This document shows positions 1 to 11,551 of a stretch of 64,000 nt of DNA, piece after piece. A model generated the notes under the pieces. The model was not told where the DNA came from, did no database searches, and saw only the letters and a list, made by a program, of their open reading frames with translations. Every line of letters starts with the position of its first letter. Within the stretch, counting starts at the first letter, position 1. The stretch is from Shigella phage TB004. The stretch lies in the sequence record MW822011; one strand, given 5' to 3'. The position numbers and the translations under genes were made by a program.

Positions 1-849
1 TTTCTGCGTAGCGATAACTTTAACTGCTGCTCTCATACCGACAGTTGAAGAACTTATAGTCGCCGTTACATAATTTTCTTTAATACTAAATGCAATATTA
101 GCGATTTCGTCTTCTTCGGTTTCATTCCCAACTCGCATGACAGCATATTCAGAAGAAATGACCTCTGAATTAACAGTATCCACAAGAATATTTATTTCTG
201 CTGTTTTAATTTTTCTTCCATCTACTGATTGGCACGTAACTAACAATTTAGCCATATTGTATTCAGTACGATGAAATAGTGGAATATCAACTGATCCAGA
301 TGTAGAAATATTCCATGTACCTTCAGCTGGTGATTCCTTTTGTCCAAACATGCTTTCAATAGAATAATTCCAAACCGATGTAGAATTATCAGATGAAATA
401 CAACGTAAAGTTACTTTACTATATGGGCTAGTTACTACTAAATTACCTGAAACACCTTTAATTGAATCAATGGCTTGAATTGTTAAAGGATTAGTAACTG
501 ATATTGATCCATTTGAGTTAATAAATTCAACACAGTCGCCAAGTTCGCCTCTTTCAATGATAACTTTAACACCTACAGTAGAAGTATCAATATCGTGCCT
601 AGTGCCAACTTTTACTGGAGTTGCGTACTCTGCAATAGAGTGTTTTTGATAATATCCAGTAGCATGGATAATTTGGCCATCTGCTCCAGTTCCATTTGCT
701 ACTGCCATTTTACGTTGATCGCCAAACGCATTATAAATTGCGTTAAAATCACTATTAATTTTATTACCACCGTCGAATAAGATATCACCAGTAGAAGCGT
801 TACCAATTTCGCCGGTATCAATCAATTTCTTTGGTTCTTGAATGAACAT
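1..849 (-). CDS. 9: baseplate wedge / long-tail-fiber socket protein gp9, 283 codons from the start; 3' end lies beyond the window
   Basis: Minus-strand translation from ATG at 849 reads MFIQEPKKLIDTGEIGNASTGDILFDGG..., recognisable as T4 gp9; TATAAATA late promoter about 25 nt upstream. Confidence 0.85.
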   Translation of the reverse strand, partial: MFIQEPKKLIDTGEIGNASTGDILFDGGNKINSDFNAIYNAFGDQRKMAVANGTGADGQIIHATGYYQKHSIAEYATPVKVGTRHDIDTSTVGVKVIIERGELGDCVEFINSNGSISVTNPLTIQAIDSIKGVSGNLVVTSPYSKVTLRCISSDNSTSVWNYSIESMFGQKESPAEGTWNISTSGSVDIPLFHRTEYNMAKLLVTCQSVDGRKIKTAEINILVDTVNSEVISSEYAVMRVGNETEEDEIANIAFSIKENYVTATISSSTVGMRAAVKVIATQK

Positions 850-873
850 AGCGGTTTCCTTATGAGTTTATAG

Positions 874-881
874 TATTTATA
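874..881 (-). promoter_or_regulatory. T4-type late promoter TATAAATA for gene 9
   Basis: Exact TATAAATA on the minus strand about 25 nt upstream of the gp9 ATG. Confidence 0.6.
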
Positions 882-889
882 AAGAAAAA

Positions 890-907
890 GGGAGCCCATG
901 GGCTCCC
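890..907 (-). terminator. stem-loop between gene 8 and gene 9 (GGGAGCCC-ATGG-GCTCCC)
   Basis: Perfect 7-bp inverted repeat directly downstream of the gp8 stop. Confidence 0.45.
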
Positions 908-912
908 TTAAG

Positions 913-1917
913 TTAAAATGTAAACAGAATATTGATTTCTTCTGTTTGATCCATTGCCATGATAATAGGTGGCCTATTTTCCATATAAATCATTTCGCCC
1001 GAATGCCTCATTAAATCTTCCGGATCATAATAATCCTTTTCAGCTTTAACGTTTGGGTCATTTGGATGAGCTTTAGCTTCAAGAGGATTCGTGATTATTG
1101 ATATTTGCCTAAATCCTTTATTTCCCGGCAGTGCAGCTTCAGGAAAATAAACTGAATCTAAATATGCTTTAAAACGGATAGTATTTGCCTTAACACGGTA
1201 AATTAATCCAAAATCATCTTGTTGCCAAGTGAGGTTATCTTCATACCCCCATCTAGTCGGGTCTTCTTTTAATTCTTCCGGCCAAGGAACCACGATATAT
1301 TCATTCGTACATCTATTTATAGATACATCAGGCGGAATCTCAAAAAGATATTCCCATACATACCCGTCTCCAGGTTCGATTGTTCCTTCCGCGTCTCCTC
1401 GACCTTCAGGAGGAGTCATTGACCTAGCAGAAGGAGTCCATTTTCCACCTAACTTAAGGCATTCATCCTTATTAGTTAAAGACTCAATTGAACACATTCC
1501 TGTGTCAGGAACATCTAAACAGCGATATACTAACCAGCCTGCGCCTGATTCGGTAGCATTGTAAGGAGCTGAGTTACATACTACAATATCGTTAATTCTA
1601 AATGTGTATGGATCCGGATATCTAGTATCTCCCCAATCTCTACGAGGAATAACTGCATCGAGCATAGATGGAAGAACCTTTACAGTTCCCATCATATGAG
1701 TCCACATGTCAGTTACACCTAATACAGAATCGGTGGGATAAGGTGGGGCAAATCCCACCTCATTTTCATTTGATGACCATGGTTCTGATCTTCCAAATGT
1801 GATAAAGATAGTGTTTTTATCCGGACCACTTCCAATTGAATTATAAAAATTCAACATTTTTTCTGTTCTAAATTTTGAAGTAACTATCGCACGATAGATA
1901 ACACTTGAATCATTCAT
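913..1917 (-). CDS. 8: baseplate wedge protein gp8
   Basis: 334-aa ORF; position and size match T4 gene 8 between genes 7 and 9. Confidence 0.8.
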   Translation of the reverse strand: MNDSSVIYRAIVTSKFRTEKMLNFYNSIGSGPDKNTIFITFGRSEPWSSNENEVGFAPPYPTDSVLGVTDMWTHMMGTVKVLPSMLDAVIPRRDWGDTRYPDPYTFRINDIVVCNSAPYNATESGAGWLVYRCLDVPDTGMCSIESLTNKDECLKLGGKWTPSARSMTPPEGRGDAEGTIEPGDGYVWEYLFEIPPDVSINRCTNEYIVVPWPEELKEDPTRWGYEDNLTWQQDDFGLIYRVKANTIRFKAYLDSVYFPEAALPGNKGFRQISIITNPLEAKAHPNDPNVKAEKDYYDPEDLMRHSGEMIYMENRPPIIMAMDQTEEINILFTF

Positions 1918-4900
1918 CTATTTTAACCTGTGTTGGATTTTCAGGGTCTCTTGGATTTCCTATATTATCTTTTAGACGTTTATTAACTAAATCTCTAAAT
2001 TGCGCAAATGTTGTTCCAGATGCATCAAATAAAGGACTCATTAATTTGCGTCGTTCAGATGGCAATTGACCTTGAAATATTGAATTATTATTTTCAGCAT
2101 TATAGTCATCAGGAAGAGGATATTTTACACCAGCCATTGGGCCAGGTTCATAAATTGCTTCGCCTGTTACCGAATCATGCTCAATTTCACCGGTTGGAGT
2201 TAATTTAGCTACTCTATCAGCATATTCAGTAGGCAATCCAGAATCCCATTTGTAGTTTTTGTATTTATTAATTATAGTCTCTGTGTGTTTAAGAGTTAAA
2301 CCAACATTAATAAACATTGTTAAAAGAGTAATTGCTATAAATCCAAATCCTACTGGATGAACAAAACGAATAACGTCAGATTTCCAGCGGGAAGAAGGTA
2401 AATTGGATTTAATTTTCATTACATAATATGATCTACTTCTATTAATATAGTCTATATTATTTTGAAGCAAATCCTTCCCTTTAACCCCGCGAATAATTTC
2501 GCCTTCAAAACTAGGGAGTCTTTCTGCTTTAACTTCTTGACCGGCAATTAATCTTCCCAAAAGATTATGAATAGTTACGGTCCATTGCAATTTACCGTTA
2601 GAATAACTTCTTTCTATATAAGTAACATTACATCTTCCTGTGGCTGTATAAATCGTTTGTCCTACTAAGTCTTCAGTCAAAGAATCAGATTGAACGATTA
2701 TATCATATTCAGTACCAGCCCCAGATTCAATTTCAATTTCAACCTCTTCATTATAAAGAACTTTAAAAAGAAATTTGTATGATGCTTCAATTCCTTTAGT
2801 AGAATAAAAATCATAGCTACGTGATTCAAAAAATCTTGCAACAGCATCACGTTTGTCAGCATTTAAATAAATGTTTCTTTTATATATCTCTGACCACAAA
2901 TATTCCCATGCATGCTCTTCTCGTGGATATTTGTTACGAATTAAATTTCGTAAATTGTTATACTGAGTTCCATATCCATCAGAAAGATATTGAATATATG
3001 CTTCGCAAAATGCTTCAAAATTCGAATCCTGTAACAAATAAGAATCAGGCATCATTGTGCCAATCAACGGTCTTAAATCAGGGTCAGCTAATCCACGCTC
3101 TTCTTCGGGCGACCAAGGAGTTTCATGCTCTTGGTTTTGTAAAAATGCTTTTAAAAATACTTCAGTTGGCTTCCAAATAATTTCGACAGTGTCTCTAACA
3201 CGATAGTTAAAATCATAGTAAGAAATTATTTCACCAGAGGCTTTATAGAAAAGCATCCCAGATGCATATTTTTTAAATCCAGTGAATTTAACATTTGGCA
3301 TTACTATAGTGCAATCGCCATCGTCCCAATATTCATGAACTAATCTATCTGGTGATGTTTCCGGAATATTTTCTATAACTTTAGTGTATTTTAAATCAGC
3401 ATAAACTACTACAACCCTATCAGAGTTGTTTATCCAACAACGTGTGTTAGATTTTTTAGACCAGTTAAAGAATGGTTCAGCGTAGTATTTCATCGGCTGA
3501 GGAGTAAAAGTTTCCCAATCAGACTTTTCATCTGCTATAAATGCCATCATATGATAATGCTTATCAGCTAGCCATTCACGAGGAAATTCATATTTAACGG
3601 CACCGATTAACTGATATTTTGCTGCAGTTTCAGGGTCATTAACAACATTATCACTTAAAAATTTAAAATTACTCGATGATAGAGAAACTAATTTACCATC
3701 AGTTGACATATTCGCATACCCTGGTTGAATACGTCTTCTTTCTTCTTCAGTGTTGCCAAAAACTCTTTTCCATGTTTTTGTGTCATGATTTAAAACATAT
3801 ATTCCTTTATCAGCAGAATCAATTATTTTTGATGTTCTAGGATTAGCATTTAATGTTTCAACTTCACCAATAATAAGAGCAAAAACTTTATCACCGACAG
3901 AATCCATTTTATAGCATACTGCTTTAGGATTTCCGGTTATAGTCATTGTATCAGGTTCAAAAAGTCTTTCCGAATATGTCGGAGATAATGGATCAGAATC
4001 TATAGGTGCATTACTAGTTTTTATGTATCTAACTTTGTCTCTGGCGACAACGTAAATGTAATCATCGGTGCAAGTAATAGCTTCTGCAATACGGTATACA
4101 TTCGCCGGTAAAGTCGCGTAAGTAGCAAAAATTTCTACATCAAATCCTAAATGTAATTGGTCGCCAAGTTTAGCGAATGTTATATCCTGAGAACTAAATC
4201 TGACATCATCAGCTGACCATCTAACATCAGTCGATTTGCGGCCATAGAAAATCTTGTCGTATCCTAGAACGTATGTTGTGTTCGCAGATTGGTAATATAC
4301 TGTCTTAGATAAAGGATATCCTACGCGGTCATTGAAGAGCTTTACAGCTTTCCAAGTTTGTCCTTTATCATTGGATACTTTAACTACAGGTTGATAACGC
4401 TCAAAAAGGTATAAAATCCCTTCTGATTCCATCAAATAAACTCGGTTAATATCCTTACATACTTGCTGAATAGAACCTTGTATTTCATGATACTCATTTT
4501 CACCAATAATAAAATTGCTTATTGATGAAACGTCAACATATGATGGGCTGAACTGAAATGATTCATTCATTAATGCAGCCATTATAGTGTCATTATTAAA
4601 ATTGACATAATCAGAATTATTAAGAGTAAATTTTTCCTGAATGAATTTATTAGCTAATTGCATTTCAATCATGTTTTGAAATGTATAAGCATTTGTAGCA
4701 AAAGTTTCAAACTCTTCGGTATAAATCCAATCAGACTGCTCAAAATCTTGTGCAGCTGTAGCTACTCTAATAACGTATGATGTCAATGGGTCAGCATCAT
4801 CAAAAAAGAAGCTGTTATTTGCAGTATATCCTAAGTTAATCCATCTGTATTGATTACTCGGGAGATTTTCCCCCGAGTTTGTTTTTGTCTCAGCGATTTC

Positions 4901-5008
4901 TACAAAATAGTAGAAATTAGCACCAACGTCATCCCAGCGTACTTGCACCTGATTTGCGGATAACTTGGAAATTCTGAGACTAGTGACTGAAGGTGCTTTT
5001 ACTGTCAT
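1910..5008 (-). CDS. 7: baseplate wedge protein gp7
   Basis: 1032-aa ORF; size and synteny match T4 gp7. Confidence 0.85.
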   Translation of the reverse strand: MTVKAPSVTSLRISKLSANQVQVRWDDVGANFYYFVEIAETKTNSGENLPSNQYRWINLGYTANNSFFFDDADPLTSYVIRVATAAQDFEQSDWIYTEEFETFATNAYTFQNMIEMQLANKFIQEKFTLNNSDYVNFNNDTIMAALMNESFQFSPSYVDVSSISNFIIGENEYHEIQGSIQQVCKDINRVYLMESEGILYLFERYQPVVKVSNDKGQTWKAVKLFNDRVGYPLSKTVYYQSANTTYVLGYDKIFYGRKSTDVRWSADDVRFSSQDITFAKLGDQLHLGFDVEIFATYATLPANVYRIAEAITCTDDYIYVVARDKVRYIKTSNAPIDSDPLSPTYSERLFEPDTMTITGNPKAVCYKMDSVGDKVFALIIGEVETLNANPRTSKIIDSADKGIYVLNHDTKTWKRVFGNTEEERRRIQPGYANMSTDGKLVSLSSSNFKFLSDNVVNDPETAAKYQLIGAVKYEFPREWLADKHYHMMAFIADEKSDWETFTPQPMKYYAEPFFNWSKKSNTRCWINNSDRVVVVYADLKYTKVIENIPETSPDRLVHEYWDDGDCTIVMPNVKFTGFKKYASGMLFYKASGEIISYYDFNYRVRDTVEIIWKPTEVFLKAFLQNQEHETPWSPEEERGLADPDLRPLIGTMMPDSYLLQDSNFEAFCEAYIQYLSDGYGTQYNNLRNLIRNKYPREEHAWEYLWSEIYKRNIYLNADKRDAVARFFESRSYDFYSTKGIEASYKFLFKVLYNEEVEIEIESGAGTEYDIIVQSDSLTEDLVGQTIYTATGRCNVTYIERSYSNGKLQWTVTIHNLLGRLIAGQEVKAERLPSFEGEIIRGVKGKDLLQNNIDYINRSRSYYVMKIKSNLPSSRWKSDVIRFVHPVGFGFIAITLLTMFINVGLTLKHTETIINKYKNYKWDSGLPTEYADRVAKLTPTGEIEHDSVTGEAIYEPGPMAGVKYPLPDDYNAENNNSIFQGQLPSERRKLMSPLFDASGTTFAQFRDLVNKRLKDNIGNPRDPENPTQVKIDE

Positions 5009-6987
5009 TGTGATATAGGCTCCAAATCGATAGTTAAGTATTGTGGACGTAAGTCATTTTCAAATACAATCAGTGAACCATCGCGAGTAAAGATAACATC
5101 ATCGGTTGGGTCAGAATATAATTCAATAGTCTGAACTTCAAATTTTTCAGATGTTAAATTAATTTTAGCGATATTCCAATAAATCACATCAGCTGGGTAA
5201 TTTATTTCACCGATAACATAGTATTTGTCGCGTCCATCAGAATTTGCTAATTTGTTAAAATCGTTGCCTGTATATGGCTGAATGTTTTCATTTTCTGTAA
5301 CATCGCCAGAAGCAAATGGACCAATAATAACTTTACCAATTCCTTTAGAATCTCGGTCTGTTGATACTATGCGAACGTCATATAATACATCTTCTTCTAA
5401 ACCAGTATCAGGATTCACAACCTTTCGTCCAGAATTAAATGAAAACGTATTAGATTCCATAGAACGATCTTTTATTTGATTATTGTATTTAATACCTGCT
5501 TCAGGCGTTTTATAGAAGTTTTGTACTTCACGAACAATTTGAATTGTCGCTGATGAACCAATGATAGAATGATCTGCATCATCTACATATGTCAACATCT
5601 TAGATTTAGCGAAAGATGAGTTAAAAATTTCTACGTCTTCGGTATAATAACGATCAATTTTATCAATTATTTGACCTTCAAGCCACTGTTCGGATTCTTG
5701 CAACTTATTTAAAGCATATGTGACTTTTAAATTAGTCTTAATAAAAAGATAATTAGGAGAAATAATTGATGGCGTAATAGGAGCTAAATTATAGTCTTTG
5801 AGATAATTTTTAATATCTTCGCGTTGTACAGTAGTTAAATACAACCCTGATTTAGGTTTAGCAGCAATAAATGCATAACCAGGTTTAGTAGAATCAGTGA
5901 AAGTCTGAACTGCTTGAATAATAGAACCAAATCTCTCTGAAACGAATGTATCATAGTCAGTCGCAGTTACGCAGCGTTGCTGGGTTTCGCGTTTAATAGT
6001 ACCCAATTCGCGAATACGCTCAATATCTTCTGGATCGCCGCCGCCATCTGCCCCAACAAAATCTGGGTCATCGTTTGGATTTTCATTAATGTTGATGACA
6101 GTTATATTTGTCAATGTATCTGCATATGAAAATCCGACAGCGCCATTCGCATCTGCGCCGTTAGTACTGATGTACTCAATAACAATCGTAGAGTTCTGGG
6201 TAGGTTTAAGACCCCCAATATAATTAGCAGTCAATGCTCCTTCTGCCGCATTAACAGAAATCTCACCTTCACCAAAATAAAACTCAGTATTTCCATCAAT
6301 AGTTTCACGCATGTAGTAAATTGTTGATGTAGAACCAGCATGAACCATTGACTTTCTTGTCCAGTTAATCCATTCTGCTCCATCAACGTATAGTTTAACT
6401 TGGTTTCTATCTATATTTTTGTCATAAATGATAATAGGTGTTAATTTATCATAAATGATTTCAGTTCTTACTATACGTCCCTGGGCCAATTTTAAACGCG
6501 GAAAATATTGGTTATTTTTATCGCGAATAGCAATAACATCTTCGGTAGAGACAAAGTTATAAGGATTAACTGAAGTATCTTTTGCATATGCTAAAAAGCG
6601 AGTACCACGAGGAATAGTAATGTAATTTCTATTCAATGCGTCTGTACAAGTTAGCATAATTTCAGTTTGAGCAGCTGATTTTGAAGTAGGTAAATATCCA
6701 TTATCTTGTGCAGCTTGAACTACTGAACTGCGCAAATTAGCAGTACGCATAAAGCTTTCATATACGGCAGCATTACCAAACTGCTGAATGTATAATGTAT
6801 TATAAGCCAAAAGGTCGCACAGAACGTTTAATCTTGAGCCTTCAAAATCATAATCCAAAAATTCATTTTGGCCATTAAGCCATTCAATGAGGTTTTGTTT
6901 TATTTCAGCAAATGTACCCCCGACGAATATCTCGGGAATAGCATTTGCTGTTCTTGTTAATTGATAATTTACAGGGGTATTTGCCAT
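5005..6987 (-). CDS. 6: baseplate wedge protein gp6
   Basis: 660-aa ORF; size and synteny match T4 gp6. Confidence 0.85.
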   Translation of the reverse strand: MANTPVNYQLTRTANAIPEIFVGGTFAEIKQNLIEWLNGQNEFLDYDFEGSRLNVLCDLLAYNTLYIQQFGNAAVYESFMRTANLRSSVVQAAQDNGYLPTSKSAAQTEIMLTCTDALNRNYITIPRGTRFLAYAKDTSVNPYNFVSTEDVIAIRDKNNQYFPRLKLAQGRIVRTEIIYDKLTPIIIYDKNIDRNQVKLYVDGAEWINWTRKSMVHAGSTSTIYYMRETIDGNTEFYFGEGEISVNAAEGALTANYIGGLKPTQNSTIVIEYISTNGADANGAVGFSYADTLTNITVININENPNDDPDFVGADGGGDPEDIERIRELGTIKRETQQRCVTATDYDTFVSERFGSIIQAVQTFTDSTKPGYAFIAAKPKSGLYLTTVQREDIKNYLKDYNLAPITPSIISPNYLFIKTNLKVTYALNKLQESEQWLEGQIIDKIDRYYTEDVEIFNSSFAKSKMLTYVDDADHSIIGSSATIQIVREVQNFYKTPEAGIKYNNQIKDRSMESNTFSFNSGRKVVNPDTGLEEDVLYDVRIVSTDRDSKGIGKVIIGPFASGDVTENENIQPYTGNDFNKLANSDGRDKYYVIGEINYPADVIYWNIAKINLTSEKFEVQTIELYSDPTDDVIFTRDGSLIVFENDLRPQYLTIDLEPISQ

Positions 6988-6995
6988 TTTAAATC

Positions 6996-7289
6996 CTATT
7001 TAATGAATACTTTAGATGATGCCTGAGCCACAGTATCACCGCATGATATTGGATCAGCCATTTGAACAGCTTTCTTTCCAGTGACATATACCTTAGAAGT
7101 TCTAGGTTGTGTCACTCCGCCATGTGTTTCATATGGCTTTTTAATTTCTGTATGTTCTGTAATTGGATCACCTGCCACGAGAACAGCAATTCCTCCAGTG
7201 AATACTTTACTTTGTGTGGCATTCACAACCGTTGGAGGCCACGCTTCATGGCCAGCAGTAACACACTTATCATAACTTAATCCTGACAT
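6996..7289 (-). CDS. 5.4: PAAR-like spike tip protein gp5.4
   Basis: 97-aa ORF immediately upstream of gene 6, as in T4. Confidence 0.7.
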
Positions 7290-7848
7290 TTATGGCCCTC
7301 TCATACACGTAGCTTCTCAATTTATTAGCCCAACGACTCCAATTTCCAACTATAGTTTTTGTGTAATTTTTAACAAGAGTTTTTCTTATTGGAGCTGGAG
7401 GATTCGTTGGTTCAGTAGTATCAGAAGATGACCTAGAATTACTGCCAGAACCTCCAGATTCACTTTGTTCTTGGTAGTCATATATTAATGTTACTTCGTA
7501 AGTGAATGTCTTCTGGAGGTTTTGAGGAGCTTTCCATAGATATAACTGAGTGTTAGAATCAGTTGGAAGGTCTTCCCATGAAGCAGCGGTTTTAAATTCA
7601 TTATCTAAACGATATTTCAACGCATCATTTCCAAATCCAAATACAGATTCATACGTTCCATATAAACGATTTTCTTCTACTAAAACCCCAGGAGTTTCTT
7701 CGTAACTAGTTATATTTATAGATACTAACGTTTCACCTGTTTCTAATTGAGCGGTAAAGGTGACGTCGATAGAAGAACCTTCCATGGATTCTCCTAAATC
7801 AGCGCTCATTGGAAGTATATTAGCCAATGTCAATCCTCGATCCATCAA
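7270..7848 (-). CDS. hypothetical protein in the gp5.1 position, Ser/Gly-rich linker
   Basis: 192-aa ORF between genes 5 and 5.4; start overlaps the gene 5 end (alternative start at internal Met possible). Confidence 0.5.
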
Positions 7849-9547
7849 TTGTGTATTGTCCAGATGAAATAGAACTCATAGATGCCATTTTTTCTGTCCA
7901 ATCACCACCAACGTCCCAATCAACTGTCCCAGCAACCTTCCAAGAAAGATTTCCATTTACTGTATTAGTCTGATTTCCTTCAACTAAAGTAGTAGCATCC
8001 CCTTTAACTGTAATGTCAGCATTACCTTCAACTACAATAGTAACATTACCTTTGACTAGGATAGTTCCATTACCTTCAACCGTCTTAGTTTCATCGCCAC
8101 GCACAAATATTGTATTGCTTCCATCTATTTGGTGGAGACGATTATCCATGTTGTAATAAATTTCTGATCCACCGACGTTAGTCTTTTTATCACCGGCTAC
8201 CAAAAAATTACCATCAGCATTTGTTATATCATACAAATTATCGACAGTTTTTCTTGTTCTTCTTCCTGATGGTGATACTTCTTCATAAGTTCCTGTCGGA
8301 TGAACTAATCTGTATCGTTCTTGTCCCGGGGTATCATCAAATTCTTGAATATGACCGCTTTCAGTTTCCATTGTATGCACATAAGGATATTCGCCTTTAT
8401 ATGAAGAAACTGGTTCTTTGAATAAAATTCTCGAGTCATTTGGAATAGGAGGGTCAGCAGGGTCAGAAGATTTAGCTACAGTAGCAGCCATTGCTGATAG
8501 AGACCTAGCTGGGGTTTTCACTTCAACACCGTATGATTCCAAATTTCCCGTAAGAATAATCATGGTAACACGGGATGCACGGCCTTTTGTTTGTTGATAC
8601 CACAATGAATCACGACCGGCTTTATATGCTTTTTCCCAATCTCCGGCTAACATAGCTGTTAACATTGTGTTAAATTTAGCTACACCGCCAACGCCCATCT
8701 GAAATGCCATATTTTCTAATGCCATTTGACGAGAACGATTAACTGCTTTCCAAACTGGGCCAACTTTAGAATGTGATTTAATGTCACGTTGCATATCAGC
8801 TAAATCACGTTCAAATAAAGTTACCGCTTCTTCCATTGTAATAGAACCCGGATTTCCGGTAATTTCACGACCAACTTGTTTTGATAAAACTTTATTAATT
8901 TGAGTCATATCACGAACTGGCTGCTTCATGATAAGATGACCAATACCAATTGTCGGATATCCTTCGGTATCCCAATAAACTTTTAGTCTTAATCCTTCAT
9001 CACGGCGAAGCATTTCAGCCATTGACATATTTGGATTATCATCAGTTGGAATCTCTGATAGTGGTCTATCATCGGGATTTATCGCAGTATCTAAATTACT
9101 ATCTTGGATAATATTAGAAGACGAATCATATCCTACTTCACCACCTTGGTTTAATACGTTCGTATCACTACCTAAACGTCGCGGATACTGGCCTGTCGGG
9201 TCTGAAAAACCTTCAAGTCTATTAGGCTTTTCACGTACTATTCCGCCATATGTACCAAGTACAATCCCGTTTGTTTTCCATTTGTCTAAAAAATGACCAT
9301 AAACTCTAGTTCCTTCTACCGGACCAGTAACGGAGCCTCCAATTCCAGACATTGCTGCAGAAGTTATAGGTTGAATAACTGACATCCATGGTAATTTATC
9401 GGTTGGAATACCCATTACGTCGCCTTGCGCTCTTTGAGGTGGATGCAGACCAACTACACGAACACGAACACGACCTAATTTTAATGGGTCCATTCTATCT
9501 TCAACAACACCAACAAACCAATTGAGGTTATTACTTATCATTTCCAT
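7820..9547 (-). CDS. 5: baseplate hub / cell-puncturing protein with lysozyme domain gp5
   Basis: 575-aa ORF MEMISNNLNWFVGVVEDRMDPLKLGRVRVRVVGLHP...; internal lysozyme-like segment (YWDTEGYPTIGIGHL). Confidence 0.9.
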   Translation of the reverse strand: MEMISNNLNWFVGVVEDRMDPLKLGRVRVRVVGLHPPQRAQGDVMGIPTDKLPWMSVIQPITSAAMSGIGGSVTGPVEGTRVYGHFLDKWKTNGIVLGTYGGIVREKPNRLEGFSDPTGQYPRRLGSDTNVLNQGGEVGYDSSSNIIQDSNLDTAINPDDRPLSEIPTDDNPNMSMAEMLRRDEGLRLKVYWDTEGYPTIGIGHLIMKQPVRDMTQINKVLSKQVGREITGNPGSITMEEAVTLFERDLADMQRDIKSHSKVGPVWKAVNRSRQMALENMAFQMGVGGVAKFNTMLTAMLAGDWEKAYKAGRDSLWYQQTKGRASRVTMIILTGNLESYGVEVKTPARSLSAMAATVAKSSDPADPPIPNDSRILFKEPVSSYKGEYPYVHTMETESGHIQEFDDTPGQERYRLVHPTGTYEEVSPSGRRTRKTVDNLYDITNADGNFLVAGDKKTNVGGSEIYYNMDNRLHQIDGSNTIFVRGDETKTVEGNGTILVKGNVTIVVEGNADITVKGDATTLVEGNQTNTVNGNLSWKVAGTVDWDVGGDWTEKMASMSSISSGQYTIDGSRIDIG

Positions 9548-10121
9548 AAGATTTCTCCATTATACGTATAAGGTCGTTCATAAATGAATTGATGTCTGAT
9601 TTTGCTATTATTTTTATTTGACGAAGTTTTTCATTTTCAAGAACAGCAGCTTCATACGTATCGACCGCAGCAAGTGCTCCTTCATATTGAGGATATTTTC
9701 TAGCTTTATCGCCTTTGTCATACCAAACATATGGATTATCATCGTATGATATTAAATTATAGAATTTTTCACCGTTCTCATTCACATGATATACTATTTG
9801 GTCTCCACCTACGTTTTTGTATTTTTGTATAGATGCTTGATAAGCAGCTTCTTGCGAAGTAATCCATCCATAATACGGATCATAATTATCGTTACACATC
9901 AATAAAACCCAATACAACTGCGGATTTCCATATATAGCATTTGCTAATTCTTCCGGTCGTGGTGAACCTTTAATATAATAAGTACGTAAGCGGTATCCCG
10001 CAAGAGCACGTTTGAAATAGTCTTTATAGTTTCTAAAAATATCTGTCATAGGAATAGTCGGCGCGTTTTTATTCACCGTTTTGGCCGCATATTCAATCGG
10101 ATCAAAAAATGTAAAGAGCAT
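9531..10121 (-). CDS. 53: baseplate wedge protein gp53
   Basis: 196-aa ORF upstream of gene 5; size and synteny. Confidence 0.75.
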   Translation of the reverse strand: MLFTFFDPIEYAAKTVNKNAPTIPMTDIFRNYKDYFKRALAGYRLRTYYIKGSPRPEELANAIYGNPQLYWVLLMCNDNYDPYYGWITSQEAAYQASIQKYKNVGGDQIVYHVNENGEKFYNLISYDDNPYVWYDKGDKARKYPQYEGALAAVDTYEAAVLENEKLRQIKIIAKSDINSFMNDLIRIMEKSYGNDK

Positions 10122-10134
10122 GGGCCCTCCTGTT

Positions 10135-10142
10135 TATAAATA
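10135..10142 (+). promoter_or_regulatory. late promoter TATAAATA for gene 4
   Basis: Exact TATAAATA about 27 nt upstream of the gp4 ATG. Confidence 0.55.
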
Positions 10143-10149
10143 TATTATC

Positions 10150-10157
10150 TATTTATA
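10150..10157 (-). promoter_or_regulatory. late promoter TATAAATA for gene 53 (divergent from the gene 4 promoter)
   Basis: Exact TATAAATA on the minus strand upstream of the gp53 ATG. Confidence 0.55.
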
Positions 10158-10168
10158 AGGAGAATCCA

Positions 10169-10621
10169 ATGGCATATTCTGGAAAATGGGTTCCTAAAAA
10201 TATATCAAAATATAGAGGTGACCCTAAAAAAATTATGTATAGATCAAATTGGGAAAAATTCTTTTTTGAATGGTTAGATAAAAATCCAGAAATTATTGCA
10301 TGGGGTAGTGAAACAGCAGTAATTCCTTATTTTTGTAATGCAGAAGGGAAAAAACGTAGATACTTCATGGATATTTGGATGAAAGATTCTTCTGGGCAAG
10401 AATTTTTTATTGAAATAAAACCTAAAAAAGAAACACAACCACCAGTTAAACCGGCACATCTAACAACCGCAGCGAAGAAAAGATTTATGAATGAAATTTA
10501 TACATATTCCGTTAATACTGATAAATGGAAAGCAGCGCAAGCTTTAGCTGAAAAGCGTGGAATAAAATTTAGAATTCTAACAGAAGATGGATTAAGAGCT
10601 CTTGGCTTTAAGGGGGCATAA
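10169..10621 (+). CDS. 4: head completion protein gp4
   Basis: 150-aa ORF; synteny 53/4/2/3/1. Confidence 0.7.
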   Translation: MAYSGKWVPKNISKYRGDPKKIMYRSNWEKFFFEWLDKNPEIIAWGSETAVIPYFCNAEGKKRRYFMDIWMKDSSGQEFFIEIKPKKETQPPVKPAHLTTAAKKRFMNEIYTYSVNTDKWKAAQALAEKRGIKFRILTEDGLRALGFKGA

Positions 10622-11445
10622 TGGCTATTTTTCAAATAATTAATGAAAGCACTCCCCAAGTTCCAAAGGTTAAGCAATCATTAAACGAAAAGAAATGGAT
10701 TCAGATAGGTCTTGAATACAAAAAGGCCAAAGCAAAAGGAATGACAGGAAAGCAATTTGCTGAAGAAAGAGGAATCAAATATTCTACGTTTACTTCGGCA
10801 ATGTCAAAATATGCTTCAGGAATTAAAACTGCTGAAAAGATTCAAAAGCTTGAATCAAAACCAATGAATAAACTCAATAAGCAAGAAAGACAACTGCTTA
10901 TGATAAATTCATTCAGGCAAACGTTGCGTGATAAAATTCGTAATGAAGGTGCAGCAATTAATAATAAAACCAGAAAGTGGTTTGCTGAAACTATTAAGCA
11001 GGTAAAAGGACATAAAGTTGTTCGCCCGCAGCCGGGACGAATATATGCTTTTGCTTATGATGCTAAACACAAAGAAACTCTTCCTTATTGGGATAAATTT
11101 CCTTTGATAATTTACCTCGGTTTAGGTAAACATAATTTAATGTATGGATTGAACTTGCACTATATTCCACCTAAAGCTCGTCAACAGTTTCTAGAAGAGC
11201 TTTTAAAGCAATATTCAAATACACCTACTATTACTAATAAAACAAAATTAAAAATTGATTGGAGTCAAGTGAAAGGATTTAGGGGTGCAGACCAAATGAT
11301 TAAGGCATATATACCCGGTAATATTATGGGTAGCCTTGTTGAAATCGCCCCGAAAGACTGGGCGAACGTTGTGTTAATGCCACTTCAGCAGTTCGTTTCA
11401 AAAGGAAAACGTTTCTCTGCAAACAAAGTCTGGTCAAATATCTAA
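10621..11445 (+). CDS. 2: DNA end protector protein gp2
   Basis: 274-aa ORF; size and synteny. Confidence 0.7.
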   Translation: MAIFQIINESTPQVPKVKQSLNEKKWIQIGLEYKKAKAKGMTGKQFAEERGIKYSTFTSAMSKYASGIKTAEKIQKLESKPMNKLNKQERQLLMINSFRQTLRDKIRNEGAAINNKTRKWFAETIKQVKGHKVVRPQPGRIYAFAYDAKHKETLPYWDKFPLIIYLGLGKHNLMYGLNLHYIPPKARQQFLEELLKQYSNTPTITNKTKLKIDWSQVKGFRGADQMIKAYIPGNIMGSLVEIAPKDWANVVLMPLQQFVSKGKRFSANKVWSNI

Positions 11446-11551
11446 TTCTATTATCTTCCATTCTTTTCTATTGTTTGTTCTAATTGGAATTGAATGGAAG
11501 GGACTTAGACCCATTATACCACCAACATTTATAAAGCATTATGAGGAATAT